Sequence record: ON529855.1
Strand: one strand, 5' to 3'
DNA length: 64,000 nucleotides
In this document: piece after piece, positions 29,858-40,162 of the stretch
Numbering within the stretch: position 1 is the first letter of the stretch
Layout of the letters: each line of letters opens with the position of its first letter
Notes under the pieces: generated by a model
Database searches by the model: none
The model's input: only the letters and a program-made list of their open reading frames with translations
Told to the model about the DNA's origin: nothing
Made by a program: the position numbers and the translations under genes

Positions 29858-31645
29858 TTAGTCCAACTCCAGTTCGGACCAATCCCGCACTTCAACGAGG
29901 GGGATGGAGTCCCAGGACCGATAGGTCCAAAAATCATGCTTCATGTTGAGGTGATCGGTGTCGAAGCGGACCCCGATGTGGAACTCAGCGCTGTCCATCG
30001 TCAGCACTTCCGGCGGGGTGAACGCCACGCCGTCGAAGTCCGTGGAATAGACGGAGGACGGGTCGATGACGGCGATGCCGCCAAAGGCGCCGACGTATTT
30101 CCGGTCAGGGTCGTAAACCTGGTATTCGCCGCCGGATTCAGGGGTCCGCCGGGAGACCAGGACGCCGGACTCGGTATTGATGCTCCACATCCGGTCGCCG
30201 AACGGCGTGCCGGTGCCGCGCACCCAGCACAGTTCGCCGTTCAGCACCGTCTGGCCGTTGGTCAGGGCGTGGAAGGGCGTCAGGGACGGCGGCATACGCC
30301 GCGTCCAAGCCCATTTCCCTTCCTCAGGCAGAAACAGGCCGCACCAGTAGTCGTAGCTGTAGGACGAATTGTTGATCCCCTCCTCGCCATTCCAGAAGAT
30401 CAGGAGCCCTTCGGTCTTCTTGTCGTAGAAGACGGCGTCGGGGCGGGCCGTGCTCGCCCCCCATTCGATCGCCGTCCACATCGTGCCGCCGAACCAGATC
30501 GACAGGGCGCATCCGTGACCCGGAGAGGAGTCGGGGAGGAAGTGCACGAAGGCGAAACCGTTCAGCTTGTAAGGGCACGCGCCACGATACCGCTGCGAGA
30601 TCAGGCTGCCGCCGAACCGCCCCAGATCGGCGACCATGGTCAAGGTCTCCGTCGAGTAGATGCGCACATAGCCGAAGCTGTCGCCGTTGAGCAGGAACTG
30701 CTCATTGGAGGACACGCATCCCGGTACGATCGGTTCCTGGATGACGGGGTTCCAAATGGTCGCCGGAGGACCCTTGGCGACGTATTGCATCGTCCGCCCG
30801 TCCACCTTCACCAGGGTGTTCGCCATTGTCAGGTAGACCATGCCGGCCGGGCTGACGCCGACGATGTGGTCGAAGGCCTCGCCGCCAGGCACCTGCATCG
30901 TCAGGTGGGTGGCCTGGGCGTCTTCCTTGGCCGTCGGCAGGTGGAACCGACGCAGAACGAAATAGCCCAGACCCGTGCCCGCCCAGCCTCGGACAAAAGC
31001 ATGCCCGGACTCCGAGGCGTAGAACAGGACCGGTCGGGTCACCGAGCCGCTGGCGTAGCTGTTGCCGAGCAGGGCGCCGGGATCGAACGGAGGCAGGAAG
31101 GTCACGCGCTGATAAGGCGTCGTCGCCGCGTAACGACCGCCCCACATCGGCGTGTTCAGGGTCAGCTTGCCGGTGTTGTAGTCCAGCTTGTAGTGGCGGG
31201 ACGCCGAGATCGACTTCGTCAGGGTCGATCCGTCGATCTGAACGCCCTTTTCGGAGTTCCACTCCACCTTCTCGATCCGGCGCGTCGTCAGGAACTCCTG
31301 ACCCGTCGCCGACGTGTTCCGATATTCCTTGTGAAGCTGGTAGACGTGCGTGGCGTAGTCGCCCTGACCGAGGGTGACGTTCTCCAGCCTATAGTCGTTG
31401 AAGTCCTTGAACCGAAAGCCGTAGGCCCGGCCGCACCGGTTCATGAAGAAGGTCGTCAGGGCTTCGGCCTGGGCCTGGGATTTGACGCCGTGACTGACGT
31501 CGTATTCCGCGCGCGTTTCAGGCCAATGATCGACCCGCGCTTCGAAGCCGGAATCCGCTTCCCAGACCGAGGTCTTGAACTTCGGTCCGCCCGACGATCC
31601 ATAGGAAATGTCCGGCGGGAAGAGGATGTCGTGGAAATCGGACAT
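29858..31645 (-). CDS. second DUF2460 protein with a large (about 400 aa) insertion
   Basis: Same N-terminus and C-terminal EFHIGVRFDTD, split by a propeller-like insert. Confidence 0.85.
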   Translation of the reverse strand: MSDFHDILFPPDISYGSSGGPKFKTSVWEADSGFEARVDHWPETRAEYDVSHGVKSQAQAEALTTFFMNRCGRAYGFRFKDFNDYRLENVTLGQGDYATHVYQLHKEYRNTSATGQEFLTTRRIEKVEWNSEKGVQIDGSTLTKSISASRHYKLDYNTGKLTLNTPMWGGRYAATTPYQRVTFLPPFDPGALLGNSYASGSVTRPVLFYASESGHAFVRGWAGTGLGYFVLRRFHLPTAKEDAQATHLTMQVPGGEAFDHIVGVSPAGMVYLTMANTLVKVDGRTMQYVAKGPPATIWNPVIQEPIVPGCVSSNEQFLLNGDSFGYVRIYSTETLTMVADLGRFGGSLISQRYRGACPYKLNGFAFVHFLPDSSPGHGCALSIWFGGTMWTAIEWGASTARPDAVFYDKKTEGLLIFWNGEEGINNSSYSYDYWCGLFLPEEGKWAWTRRMPPSLTPFHALTNGQTVLNGELCWVRGTGTPFGDRMWSINTESGVLVSRRTPESGGEYQVYDPDRKYVGAFGGIAVIDPSSVYSTDFDGVAFTPPEVLTMDSAEFHIGVRFDTDHLNMKHDFWTYRSWDSIPLVEVRDWSELELD

Positions 31646-31675
31646 GGTCAGGGGGCGGCTCGGGAGAGAACAGCC

Positions 31676-31716
31676 TTGATGCCACGTCGGGACCTGTTCG
31701 TCAAGATTTCCGGCAA
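31676..31716 (-). promoter_or_regulatory. promoter with TTGCC-N7-TTGAC motif (copy 3)
   Basis: TTGCCGGAAATC-TTGACG-N17-CATCAA upstream of the tail-tip genes. Confidence 0.6.
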
Positions 31717-31747
31717 TGGGCGCCGTGAATCACGGCACCCATTACGC

Positions 31748-34700
31748 TTAGCTGAGGTTCCGGGTCGAGGCCCGCTTGAGGTCCCGGTTCTGCTGACGCT
31801 GGATCGAGCCCTGCGACTTGCGGAAGGCGTCCGGGTTGGGCGCGATGACCGTGATGTTCGACGTCACGTTGGCGCCGCCCGAGGGAACATTGCCCATGTC
31901 GACCGGAACCGCCCGACCGTTCGGCAGGGGGATGATGGCTTCGTTCGGGTGAACGATCGCCGGCATGCCGCCGTTGGAGGTGTTGGCGGTGCCCACGTCG
32001 TAGTGCGGCGCCTTGCCCCAGTCCATGCCGGCGTTCGAGACATAGCCGCCGTCGGCGAACTGTTTCATGACGCCGGACGCCATTTCCATGTAGGTCCCCA
32101 CCTTACCCCAGGTGCCGCCGGTCAAAATGTTGGCCCCGAAGTTGATCACATCCGCGATCGGGTTGGAATGAGCGGCGATGGCGGTGGCGTCCACGGTCAC
32201 GCCACGATGCTCGCCGATGACGCCCTTGACGGCCTCGGGGTCCTTCTCAGGAGCCTTTTCCTTCTTGAACAGGTCCGCCAGGGTGCTGATCAGGGCCGCG
32301 CCTTGCATGAAGCCTGCGCCCCGCTCTTCCATGGTCCGCCCCTTGCCGAACATCTCACCGACGAACGACAGCGGACTATCCGCCTTGCCGTTCTTGCCGC
32401 GTCCGAAGACGTTCGACATGGTCGGCTTGGTGAACTTCTCGCCGAAGTTGGTCTTGGCCGAGGAGAGCATGTCGGAGAACCAACCGCCGCCCGCGAAGCC
32501 AGGGAGGCCGTCGACCAGGCCGCCGTTGGCGTAGGCCTTGCCGTTGTTGATCGCTTCCAGGAGGGCGCGGTTTTGCGACGTCGCGGCCGCGTTGATGACG
32601 AACTCGCCGTTGGACAGGCGGGCGTTGATGTCGTCCGAGCGCGGGCCGCCGCGTCCCGAGACGTAACCGCCGTCGGCGTAGAGACCGGTCAGGTCCGGAG
32701 CAAAAGCCTTGCCCTCGAAGGTGAACCCTTCGGTGGCGTCGCCCAGGCTCGGCTTGGCGCTAGGCTTAGCGTCGCCCTTGCCGCCGCCTTTCGCCATTAC
32801 AGCCGCTGCTTTTTCCAGCTTTTTGACGGCTTCCCCAAAGGCTTCGACCTGGGTCTTGAAACCTTCGGCCGCCGTGTTGAAGGTCGTGGGGACCTGCATC
32901 AACATCTGCGCCGCCGTATACAGCGCCGTCGCGGCTTGATCGTAACCGGCGCCGGCGTCGTCTCCGGACAGCATGACAGGGCCAGCGGAAGGAGCCGTCC
33001 CCATGGAGGACGTCGTGGACATCCGCTTCGTGGTTTCGCTCGTGGGGCTGGTCTCGCCGCCGATGAGATTGAAGGCCTTGCGCCAGAGCGGAGTCGTATC
33101 GCGCTCTGCCCCGAGACCGTGCGGCGTGGCGGGGGCGTGCCCCTGAACGGCGCGGGCCGGAGTCATGCGGCCGAGCGACGACATGATCGGGCGCAAGCTG
33201 ACCGGCGCCATCGGGTCCATGACCTCGCCGCCCAGCGCCGGCGACTTCAGGCCGAGCGACGTCATCGTGCGGTCCATCAGGCCCTGCACGTAATCCAGGG
33301 GTCCTGCGGGCGCCGCCGCAACAGCGGGGGCGGGCTTGTTGAGCAGGCCCGTCGAGATGGCGCCCGAACGCACGCCGCCGGCGTGATTCAGGGTGCTCTC
33401 AGCGGTGGTGTTCAACACGCGAGAGATGGCGCCGTCGGGATCGAAATAGGCGGCGATCGTCTTCAGCGCATTCGCTGCGTCGGTCAGGGCCTTGACCTCG
33501 GCGTTGATCGCATCCTGCTGATTCTTCTGAGCGTCGACCAACGCTTGCTGGGCCGCCAGGTCCGACTGCGCGTCTGCCTTGGTCTTGTCGATCATCGCCA
33601 CGGCGGCGTTATACTGAGCCGTCGCCGCCTCCAGCCCGGCTTGCGCCTCCGAGCCAGGCTTCTTGACGCCCATGACGCCGAGCATGCCGCTGAGCGCGTC
33701 ATCCACCGTCGCCTTCACGATCTGACGACGGATGTTCTTGAACATCGCCTGCCAATCGACGTCTTCGCCCATCAGTTCATCGGTGATGCCGTCCGAGAGG
33801 CCTTCCATGAAGGCGCCCTTGATGTTTTCCATGCGTCGGGCGAACGGCTCCAGGCCGTCGACCCAGGCTGCGAATCCGGGCGGGTTCTCGATGGTGTGGC
33901 GGGCTTCAGCCAGGGTCTTCGCCAGCTTCGCCATGACAGGCTCCGCCGCTTCAAGCTGCGCCAGGGTCGCGTTCGGCATGTTCGTCAGATCGCGCAGGAT
34001 GTCGCGATACGAGGCGCGGTATCCGCGCATCGTCTTGTCCGTCGCCGAGTCGATGCCGTCGCTCAGTTCGACGATGATCGAACGCAGGGACTCAGCCTGA
34101 TCCGACATGGCCTGCACGTCGGCCGTGCGGGACAGCGCCGTCAACAGAGCCGGGTTGGCCTCGACCTGGGCGCGCTTCTGATCGAAAGTGCCGCCTTGGA
34201 CCGACTGGTTGATCAGGTCGTTCAGGTAGGTGTCGCGATTGGACACGACGCCGCTGGCCTTGCCGACGCGCATCTGCGCTTCGTTCAAAGTGTCCATCAG
34301 GCGAACCTGGGCTTCCAGGGCCTTGGTGCGGTCGCGCTCCATTTCCCACTGCTGGCGCGCCGTGTTCAGGCTTTCGACCTGAATGTCCTTGCCGGTCAGT
34401 CTCAGGCCGTTGACGTGTTCCGTCCACTTGGCCTCGTCCTGCATCAACTCGATCGGGTAGCCCTGCTCCTTCATCTCATTGATGCGCTCCTGCCACTCGG
34501 CCTCCTTGCCCATGCCTTGCAGGGTCTTGAGCGTCAGGTCGTTGGTTTCGCGCGCCAGGCGGTTCGCCTTGGAGACGGGGTTCATCGCGTCTTGCAGTTC
34601 CTTCGCCTGACGGGCGATGGCGGCCGAGATTTGGTCGCGAATCGGCGAGGTCACGAGCGCGGCGTTCGGACCGTTCTTCTTGCGCAGTTCCTCATCCGCA

Positions 34701-37700
34701 GCGGCGATGTCGTTCAGCTTCTCCAACATGGCGTCGAAGGAGGCGTTCGCCTGCGAGGCCGGGTCCGGCAAGGCGAGAATCGACTGCATCGCCTTCCAGG
34801 TGTTGAGGTGCTTGTTCTGATCCTTTTCGATGTCGTCGGCTGCGGCGGCGGCCACGCCCGTGACCCCCGACGTGTCGAAGCCCTGCCCGCTCTGACCGAC
34901 CTTGCGTTGTCCCCAGTTGTAAAGTTCCTGGAGGGTCGTGGAGCCGTTCTTGAACACCGGGTTCTTGTTGTATTGGTCCTGGTTGCCGACGCGGGCCTGG
35001 GCCACGGTCTGCGTGGGGTCCTGCGCATACTTCGCCAGCATGTTCTTGGCGCCGCTCGTTCCCAGGAAGTGGGCCAGATACTGCTCACCGGCGTTGGCGT
35101 CGCGCTTCAGCACGTCGCGCAGCGCCGCCTGGTTCTCCGCCATGTAGCGCGCCGTGGCTTCCATGTTCAGGTTGGCGTTGCGGCGCGGGTCGGCGGCACC
35201 CATGGTGCGGCTGGTCACTTGCGGACCATCCTTCATGACGCGGTTCCACGTCCCCATGGTGAACTGGCCGAGGCCGACGGCGTCGCCGCCCGTCCCTGCA
35301 ACGTCCTTGTTCCAGGTGCTTTCAGCCGCGATCAGGCGCGCCATGACAGCGGGATCGACGCCGTTTTTGGTCGCCGACGCCGTCATAGCGGCGCGGTATT
35401 GCGCAGGGACGGCCACGCCGCCCATGGCGGCGCGCTGATCCGCGTAGTCGTTGGTCATGGCGACAGTCCGCGCAGCGGTGTGCGCGGCGTAGTCGCGGTT
35501 CCAGGCCGCGCGCGTCTCTTGAGTCAGCGGCGTCGAGGACTGCGGCGCGATCATGTTGGTCGCCAGACCCAGGGCCGGGTTCATCGCGCCGGCGACGCGC
35601 AGGCCGCCGCGCACCAGAGGGTTCTGCATCAGGGCGTTGACGGAGCCCGGACGCGCCGGCGCTTCCGCGCCAGGCGGGCGCGTGCGGGTGCCGAAGTTCG
35701 GCGCCAGGGCGTTCGGCCCAGCGGCCTGATAGTGATCGAAGATCGCCTTGGCGAGGTCTTCCTGCGAACCCGCCGTCAGGCGCTTGCCGCCGATGACTTG
35801 GGTGTAGGTCTGACGCGAGCCGGCGGCGGCCGCCGTCGGCGCGGCGGCCGGCGCAGCGGCCTGGGCCGCGCGCGCAGTCTCCACGTTCTGGGCGGTGCGC
35901 TGTTCAGCGGTCATGCTGGGGTTGGCGCGATCGAACGAGCCGTTCGCCAGGGCGTTGATGCGCTCCATGACCGAGTTCACGGTCGGAACCTTGAAGTTGT
36001 CCTTCAGCTTGTTGGCGGCTTCCAGTTGCAGGTTCGCGGCGCGCAGTTGATCGTCCGCCGCTTTCTGGGCCTGAAGCTGACGCTCGGCTTCGCGCAGACG
36101 CTCGGCGGCGGCTTCGTTGCTGCGCTCGCCTTCGCGACGCTTGTTTGCAGCCGTCAAGGTCGCGGTGATGCCGTCCGTCATCCGCTTCTGGATCGAGTCC
36201 ATGCCGTTGTCGGACCAGTCCTGGGCCATCGCGCCCATTTCCGCCTTGGCCCCGGCGACGTCGCCCGTGGCGGTCTTGTAGGCCGCCACCCCGAGGTGAA
36301 CCAGGACGCCGATGGTGTCGCCCAGGACTTCGCCCAGGTAGGAGAGCAGCACCGTCGTGGATTGGAAGGCCATCCCCATGGCGTCCAGCGATTCTTGTAC
36401 GCTGCCCGTGCCCAGCATCCGGCCGAACAGGTCCTGGAACCAGGTGCCCATCTTATCGCCGATGCCCGACAGCCATCCCTTCATGATGTCGCCGTACTTG
36501 ACGGTGTTGTTGCCCAGCTTGGTCGTCTCGTCCGACAGGATCGCCAGGGCCGCGCCCACGCCGACGGCGGCGACGCCCAGGGCGCCGAAGGTCACGCCAA
36601 GCGCCATCGCGCCCGTCTTGAGCGCGCCCAACGCGGCCGTCGGCGCGGCGCGCGCAGCGGTCATCGCGCCCGCGCCCAGGGTGGACATGAGCGGCGTGCG
36701 TGCGGTCTGGGTCGCCAGTCCGGCGCTGCGCATGGCGAGCACGTCGGCGGTCGCGCCCGTCGGACGGGCGATGTTGGAGAATCGCGCGCGGCGGCCGAAC
36801 CCGGACATCGGCGGGACGGCGGGCGCGGCGTTCATCTGCGCCAGGCGGCCGCCGCCAGGGGCGTGGCCGCGCGCGTTGCGCCAGTTCTGGATGTCGACCA
36901 TGGTGGCGCCGCTCAGGGCCGCATCAGCGGCGAGCGCGGGTCCGTTGGTCTTGACCCGGCCGCGCGCCGCCGGAATCAGATCGCCGGCGATGTCGGAACC
37001 CTCGACGGCCTTCTTGGCGATCGCAAGCCCGGTGATGGCCTTGGTCAATTGCGTGATGGAGCCCATCGCCGTCATGGCGGACTGGCCCCAGGACAGGAAG
37101 GTCTTAGCGACGAACAGGGTCGCGATCGCCTTACCGGCGAACATGACCTTGTCGAAGTTCTCCGCCAGCCAGGCGGCCGCGTCCGCCGCCTTGCGCGTCA
37201 TCGACGCTAGGTTCTGCCCCAGTTGCTTGGCGAGGTCCTGGAACTTCGGCTTCAGCTTGAAGACGCCGTTTTCGGTGGTGCCGAACATCTCGGCCAGGCG
37301 GCTGAACTGGACGCCGAGTTCAGCGATGAAGCCGGACTTGCCGATTTCCTGTTGGAAGACGGTGAAGGCCGTCTTGAGTCGGTTCAACGCAACGTCAGGA
37401 CGGTCCTTGACCAGGCCCATCAGTCCGCCGAACATAGTATTCAGTTCTTCAGCCCAAAGCTTAGTGAACTCGGGAGACATGATCTTACCAAGACTCATCT
37501 CCTTGAAGAACTGGGCCGTGGAGACAGCTTCCCCCTTCATGCGCTCCAACGCGCGACGGCCTGCTTCAGCGTTACCGGGGATTTGCTCGCCGATCTGACG
37601 CGAAAACTCTTCGGACGACACTTTTCCTTTCTGAATCATCTGGGTAAGCCCGTACATGGCGTAACCAGTTTGCTCAGCGGAGGCGCCGACAACTTGCAGA

Positions 37701-39073
37701 GTTTGAGTAACGGAGCGGAAGATCGCCGACGAATCTTGCGCGCTCATGCCCGCCGCGCCCGCCGAGATGGTGAAGCGGCCGAAGGGCTCGGCGACCTGAT
37801 CCAGGGCCAGACCCATGTCGAAGACCGTGCCGATGAACTCCTGCGTCGCGCGCTTGGAGCCTTCAGCCGATTTCGTGGAGAAGAGCATCGCCTTCTCCAG
37901 CTTCTGGAGTTCGATGTTGGCGTCGTAGACGCCCTTGATCAGTCCGCCGATGGTGAAGGCGCCGAAGGCGTGCGTGAACAGGGTCGAGGCCTGATAGGCC
38001 AGGTCGAACCGGTGGTTCAGGCCGCGCAGGCGCTCGCCCAGGGTGTAGGAGGACTTGCCGGCCTTGTCGGCCTGGGCCGAGTAATCGCCCAGCGATCCGC
38101 CGGCCTTGCCGGCGCCCGAGGCGGTGCTGTTCAAGGTCGGGCCGTGGTCGCCGCCTCCACCGCCCGCCGCCGCTGCACCGCGCCGGCGCCCGCCGCCGCC
38201 CAGGTTGAACCGGCCGCCCGGCATGGCGGAGAGGGCCGCCGCCGCGCGGGTGGCGGAGGCGGCGATCATGTCGAGGTCATGCGCGACCGCGCGCGCGTTG
38301 GGGATGGGCTTGGCCGAAGCCAGCACCTTGAACATCTTGTCGAGGCGGTCGATCGAGCCCTTGCCCGGCGCCTTGAAGCCCTCCATGGCGCGACCGAACT
38401 CCAGCAGGGAGCGGGCGGTGGCGGGGTCGAACTTCAGGCGCTGCGAGCGGGCGGCGACCTCAATGAAGTCGACCCAGGACTTCAGCTTGGACTGGCTGAT
38501 GGCGCGGGTCTTGGCCGCGTTGTCCATCGCCTGGGCGAACATGTTGAAGCCCACCATAGCGGCAGCGCCGCCGCCGCGCAGTTGCGCGGCGCGGGCGCCG
38601 ACTTCGATGAACTTGACCCAGGAGGCCAGTTTGGAGGAGGAAATATCGCGGGTCTTGGCGGCGCGATCCATCACGCCGATGAAGGAACCCATGGCGGCGA
38701 CCGCGCCGCCGTCCATTTTCAGACGCGACGTCTGCGCGCCGATCTGGATGAACTTGGCCCAGGAATCGATCTTGCCCTTTTCGATTTCCTTGGTGCGCGC
38801 AACGGCGTTCATCACCTGCGCGAACTCGGCGACGGCCTTGGTGCCGTCCGAGTTGATCTTGATCTTGTTGATCGCCGCAGCGACCTGGGCGAACCGCTCC
38901 ATGTTCGCCATGGAGCCCTTGATCGCCCGATCGGCGCCGGACATGCCTTGCGACATGCCGGCCGCCATCCGGTTCGCAGCCGCTCCCGTTTCGTCGAGCG
39001 CACGCGCCAGGGCGTGCAGGTCAGCTTGCGCCGAACCCGAGTCGATTTTTACGTTAAGCGGTTGAGTATCCAT
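31748..39073 (-). CDS. tape measure protein with lytic transglycosylase (SLT-like) domain (2441 aa)
   Basis: Long Ala-rich helical protein after the chaperones; TMP core (GLTQMIQKGKVSSEEFSRQIGEQIPG); SLT motifs AAESTWN, GLGQF, YLAHFLG. Confidence 0.95.
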   Translation of the reverse strand: MDTQPLNVKIDSGSAQADLHALARALDETGAAANRMAAGMSQGMSGADRAIKGSMANMERFAQVAAAINKIKINSDGTKAVAEFAQVMNAVARTKEIEKGKIDSWAKFIQIGAQTSRLKMDGGAVAAMGSFIGVMDRAAKTRDISSSKLASWVKFIEVGARAAQLRGGGAAAMVGFNMFAQAMDNAAKTRAISQSKLKSWVDFIEVAARSQRLKFDPATARSLLEFGRAMEGFKAPGKGSIDRLDKMFKVLASAKPIPNARAVAHDLDMIAASATRAAAALSAMPGGRFNLGGGGRRRGAAAAGGGGGDHGPTLNSTASGAGKAGGSLGDYSAQADKAGKSSYTLGERLRGLNHRFDLAYQASTLFTHAFGAFTIGGLIKGVYDANIELQKLEKAMLFSTKSAEGSKRATQEFIGTVFDMGLALDQVAEPFGRFTISAGAAGMSAQDSSAIFRSVTQTLQVVGASAEQTGYAMYGLTQMIQKGKVSSEEFSRQIGEQIPGNAEAGRRALERMKGEAVSTAQFFKEMSLGKIMSPEFTKLWAEELNTMFGGLMGLVKDRPDVALNRLKTAFTVFQQEIGKSGFIAELGVQFSRLAEMFGTTENGVFKLKPKFQDLAKQLGQNLASMTRKAADAAAWLAENFDKVMFAGKAIATLFVAKTFLSWGQSAMTAMGSITQLTKAITGLAIAKKAVEGSDIAGDLIPAARGRVKTNGPALAADAALSGATMVDIQNWRNARGHAPGGGRLAQMNAAPAVPPMSGFGRRARFSNIARPTGATADVLAMRSAGLATQTARTPLMSTLGAGAMTAARAAPTAALGALKTGAMALGVTFGALGVAAVGVGAALAILSDETTKLGNNTVKYGDIMKGWLSGIGDKMGTWFQDLFGRMLGTGSVQESLDAMGMAFQSTTVLLSYLGEVLGDTIGVLVHLGVAAYKTATGDVAGAKAEMGAMAQDWSDNGMDSIQKRMTDGITATLTAANKRREGERSNEAAAERLREAERQLQAQKAADDQLRAANLQLEAANKLKDNFKVPTVNSVMERINALANGSFDRANPSMTAEQRTAQNVETARAAQAAAPAAAPTAAAAGSRQTYTQVIGGKRLTAGSQEDLAKAIFDHYQAAGPNALAPNFGTRTRPPGAEAPARPGSVNALMQNPLVRGGLRVAGAMNPALGLATNMIAPQSSTPLTQETRAAWNRDYAAHTAARTVAMTNDYADQRAAMGGVAVPAQYRAAMTASATKNGVDPAVMARLIAAESTWNKDVAGTGGDAVGLGQFTMGTWNRVMKDGPQVTSRTMGAADPRRNANLNMEATARYMAENQAALRDVLKRDANAGEQYLAHFLGTSGAKNMLAKYAQDPTQTVAQARVGNQDQYNKNPVFKNGSTTLQELYNWGQRKVGQSGQGFDTSGVTGVAAAAADDIEKDQNKHLNTWKAMQSILALPDPASQANASFDAMLEKLNDIAAADEELRKKNGPNAALVTSPIRDQISAAIARQAKELQDAMNPVSKANRLARETNDLTLKTLQGMGKEAEWQERINEMKEQGYPIELMQDEAKWTEHVNGLRLTGKDIQVESLNTARQQWEMERDRTKALEAQVRLMDTLNEAQMRVGKASGVVSNRDTYLNDLINQSVQGGTFDQKRAQVEANPALLTALSRTADVQAMSDQAESLRSIIVELSDGIDSATDKTMRGYRASYRDILRDLTNMPNATLAQLEAAEPVMAKLAKTLAEARHTIENPPGFAAWVDGLEPFARRMENIKGAFMEGLSDGITDELMGEDVDWQAMFKNIRRQIVKATVDDALSGMLGVMGVKKPGSEAQAGLEAATAQYNAAVAMIDKTKADAQSDLAAQQALVDAQKNQQDAINAEVKALTDAANALKTIAAYFDPDGAISRVLNTTAESTLNHAGGVRSGAISTGLLNKPAPAVAAAPAGPLDYVQGLMDRTMTSLGLKSPALGGEVMDPMAPVSLRPIMSSLGRMTPARAVQGHAPATPHGLGAERDTTPLWRKAFNLIGGETSPTSETTKRMSTTSSMGTAPSAGPVMLSGDDAGAGYDQAATALYTAAQMLMQVPTTFNTAAEGFKTQVEAFGEAVKKLEKAAAVMAKGGGKGDAKPSAKPSLGDATEGFTFEGKAFAPDLTGLYADGGYVSGRGGPRSDDINARLSNGEFVINAAATSQNRALLEAINNGKAYANGGLVDGLPGFAGGGWFSDMLSSAKTNFGEKFTKPTMSNVFGRGKNGKADSPLSFVGEMFGKGRTMEERGAGFMQGAALISTLADLFKKEKAPEKDPEAVKGVIGEHRGVTVDATAIAAHSNPIADVINFGANILTGGTWGKVGTYMEMASGVMKQFADGGYVSNAGMDWGKAPHYDVGTANTSNGGMPAIVHPNEAIIPLPNGRAVPVDMGNVPSGGANVTSNITVIAPNPDAFRKSQGSIQRQQNRDLKRASTRNLS

Positions 39074-39094
39074 TGGCCCTAAAGGGGATCACCC

Positions 39095-39517
39095 CTAGTG
39101 AGGGTTACCCAAAGCGTTGGTGCGCTGTTTAGAAGGTGGGGGCTTGTTGCCGTGTTTCTGCGCTTCCTTTTCTTGGGACTCCTTGACGAAGCCCATATAC
39201 TTCTCGTCAAGACGCTCGACGTAGAAGAGGAAATCTTGAGACTGCTCGTAGCTGAACCGGCGGAGACGGCAGTAAGCTTCGACTTCAGTGATCGGGATGC
39301 GCTGCGGGCCGGAAAAGCCAATGGGCCGCACGTTCGAGAGCCGCCAGAAGCCGTCCATTGCCCAGCGAAGGTCGTCGTAGACCGGAACCGGGGGAGGACC
39401 CTCGGGCTCAAGGGGTGGGAGCCCCTTGAGCGCGCGAGCCTCGTTTTTGAACGCCAGGGCCTTGAGGTCCTGGGGGGTGGACTTCAGCGTGCTTTCGAGC
39501 GCGCTTAGGAGTTTCCC
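39095..39517 (-). CDS. tail assembly chaperone -1 frameshift extension (gpT-like)
   Basis: Slippery G GGA AAC at 39517-39511; the -1 frame stays open (KLLSALEST...WAMDGFWRLSNVRPIGFSG..RIPITEVEAY) to 39095. Confidence 0.8.
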   Translation of the reverse strand, partial: GKLLSALESTLKSTPQDLKALAFKNEARALKGLPPLEPEGPPPVPVYDDLRWAMDGFWRLSNVRPIGFSGPQRIPITEVEAYCRLRRFSYEQSQDFLFYVERLDEKYMGFVKESQEKEAQKHGNKPPPSKQRTNALGNPH

Positions 39518-39921
39518 ACCCCGCCCTCGCGGGCCTCGTCCTTGAAGTTCTGCGCTTCGAGCGAGAACTGGATGACGAAGTTCGCCATCTTGGGCAGGGC
39601 CTTCAGAATGGCGTAGGCTTCATCGGCGGTGTAGGGGACGATGACGCCGTCGGCGTTCTTCACGTTCTTCCAGTCGGCGATGACGGCGCCGGCCAGGACC
39701 CGCAGGCCGATTTCTTCGTTCTTGTCTTCGGGAATCTTGGAGCCGACGCGCACCAGTTGCGCGTAGGGCTTCATCAGGTCGTCGCGCAGATCGGACACGA
39801 CCTTGGCGCCGAAGGCCCGAATCTTGAAGGCGGTGCCGGAGCCGAGTTCGACCCAGCGGCCGTGCTCTTCGCTCTCCTTGTTGGAGGCGAAGATGTCGAA
39901 GAGGTTCAGAGCGTCGCTCAT
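39505..39921 (-). CDS. tail assembly chaperone (gpG-like)
   Basis: Between major tail and tape measure genes; AAGGA SD before ATG 39921; ends at the slippery site. Confidence 0.85.
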   Translation of the reverse strand: MSDALNLFDIFASNKESEEHGRWVELGSGTAFKIRAFGAKVVSDLRDDLMKPYAQLVRVGSKIPEDKNEEIGLRVLAGAVIADWKNVKNADGVIVPYTADEAYAILKALPKMANFVIQFSLEAQNFKDEAREGGVGNS

Positions 39922-40127
39922 GAGGTTTTCCTTAAAGTCAGGGAGAGGAAAAGAGGGGCGCGTCCCTGGGGTACAGCGGGCAGCCGGGACGCGAAGCTGG
40001 CCGTGATCTTGTTCGAGCACCCTCGGGGAAGGGTGGGCGGTGCTGGCCCCGACTCCTGCACCGCCCTGCTCACGCGTGAGACTTTCGATGCCCGAAGGCG
40101 ATCTCTGGTCTGTCGGGGAAAGAGGGG

Positions 40128-40158
40128 AGAGTCACGTTAGCCTGGCTAACGTGACTCT
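40128..40158. repeat. 13-bp perfect inverted repeat just after the major tail gene stop
   Basis: AGAGTCACGTTAG CCTGG CTAACGTGACTCT. Confidence 0.8.
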
Positions 40159-40162
40159 AAGA

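Noticed and set aside
14455-37210. Very long plus-strand ORFs (e.g. 14455-19593, 23626-27240, 29936-37210) and most other plus-strand ORFs
   Set aside because: Antisense shadows of GC-rich minus-strand genes; no motifs, SDs or promoters; Arg/Gly-biased composition.
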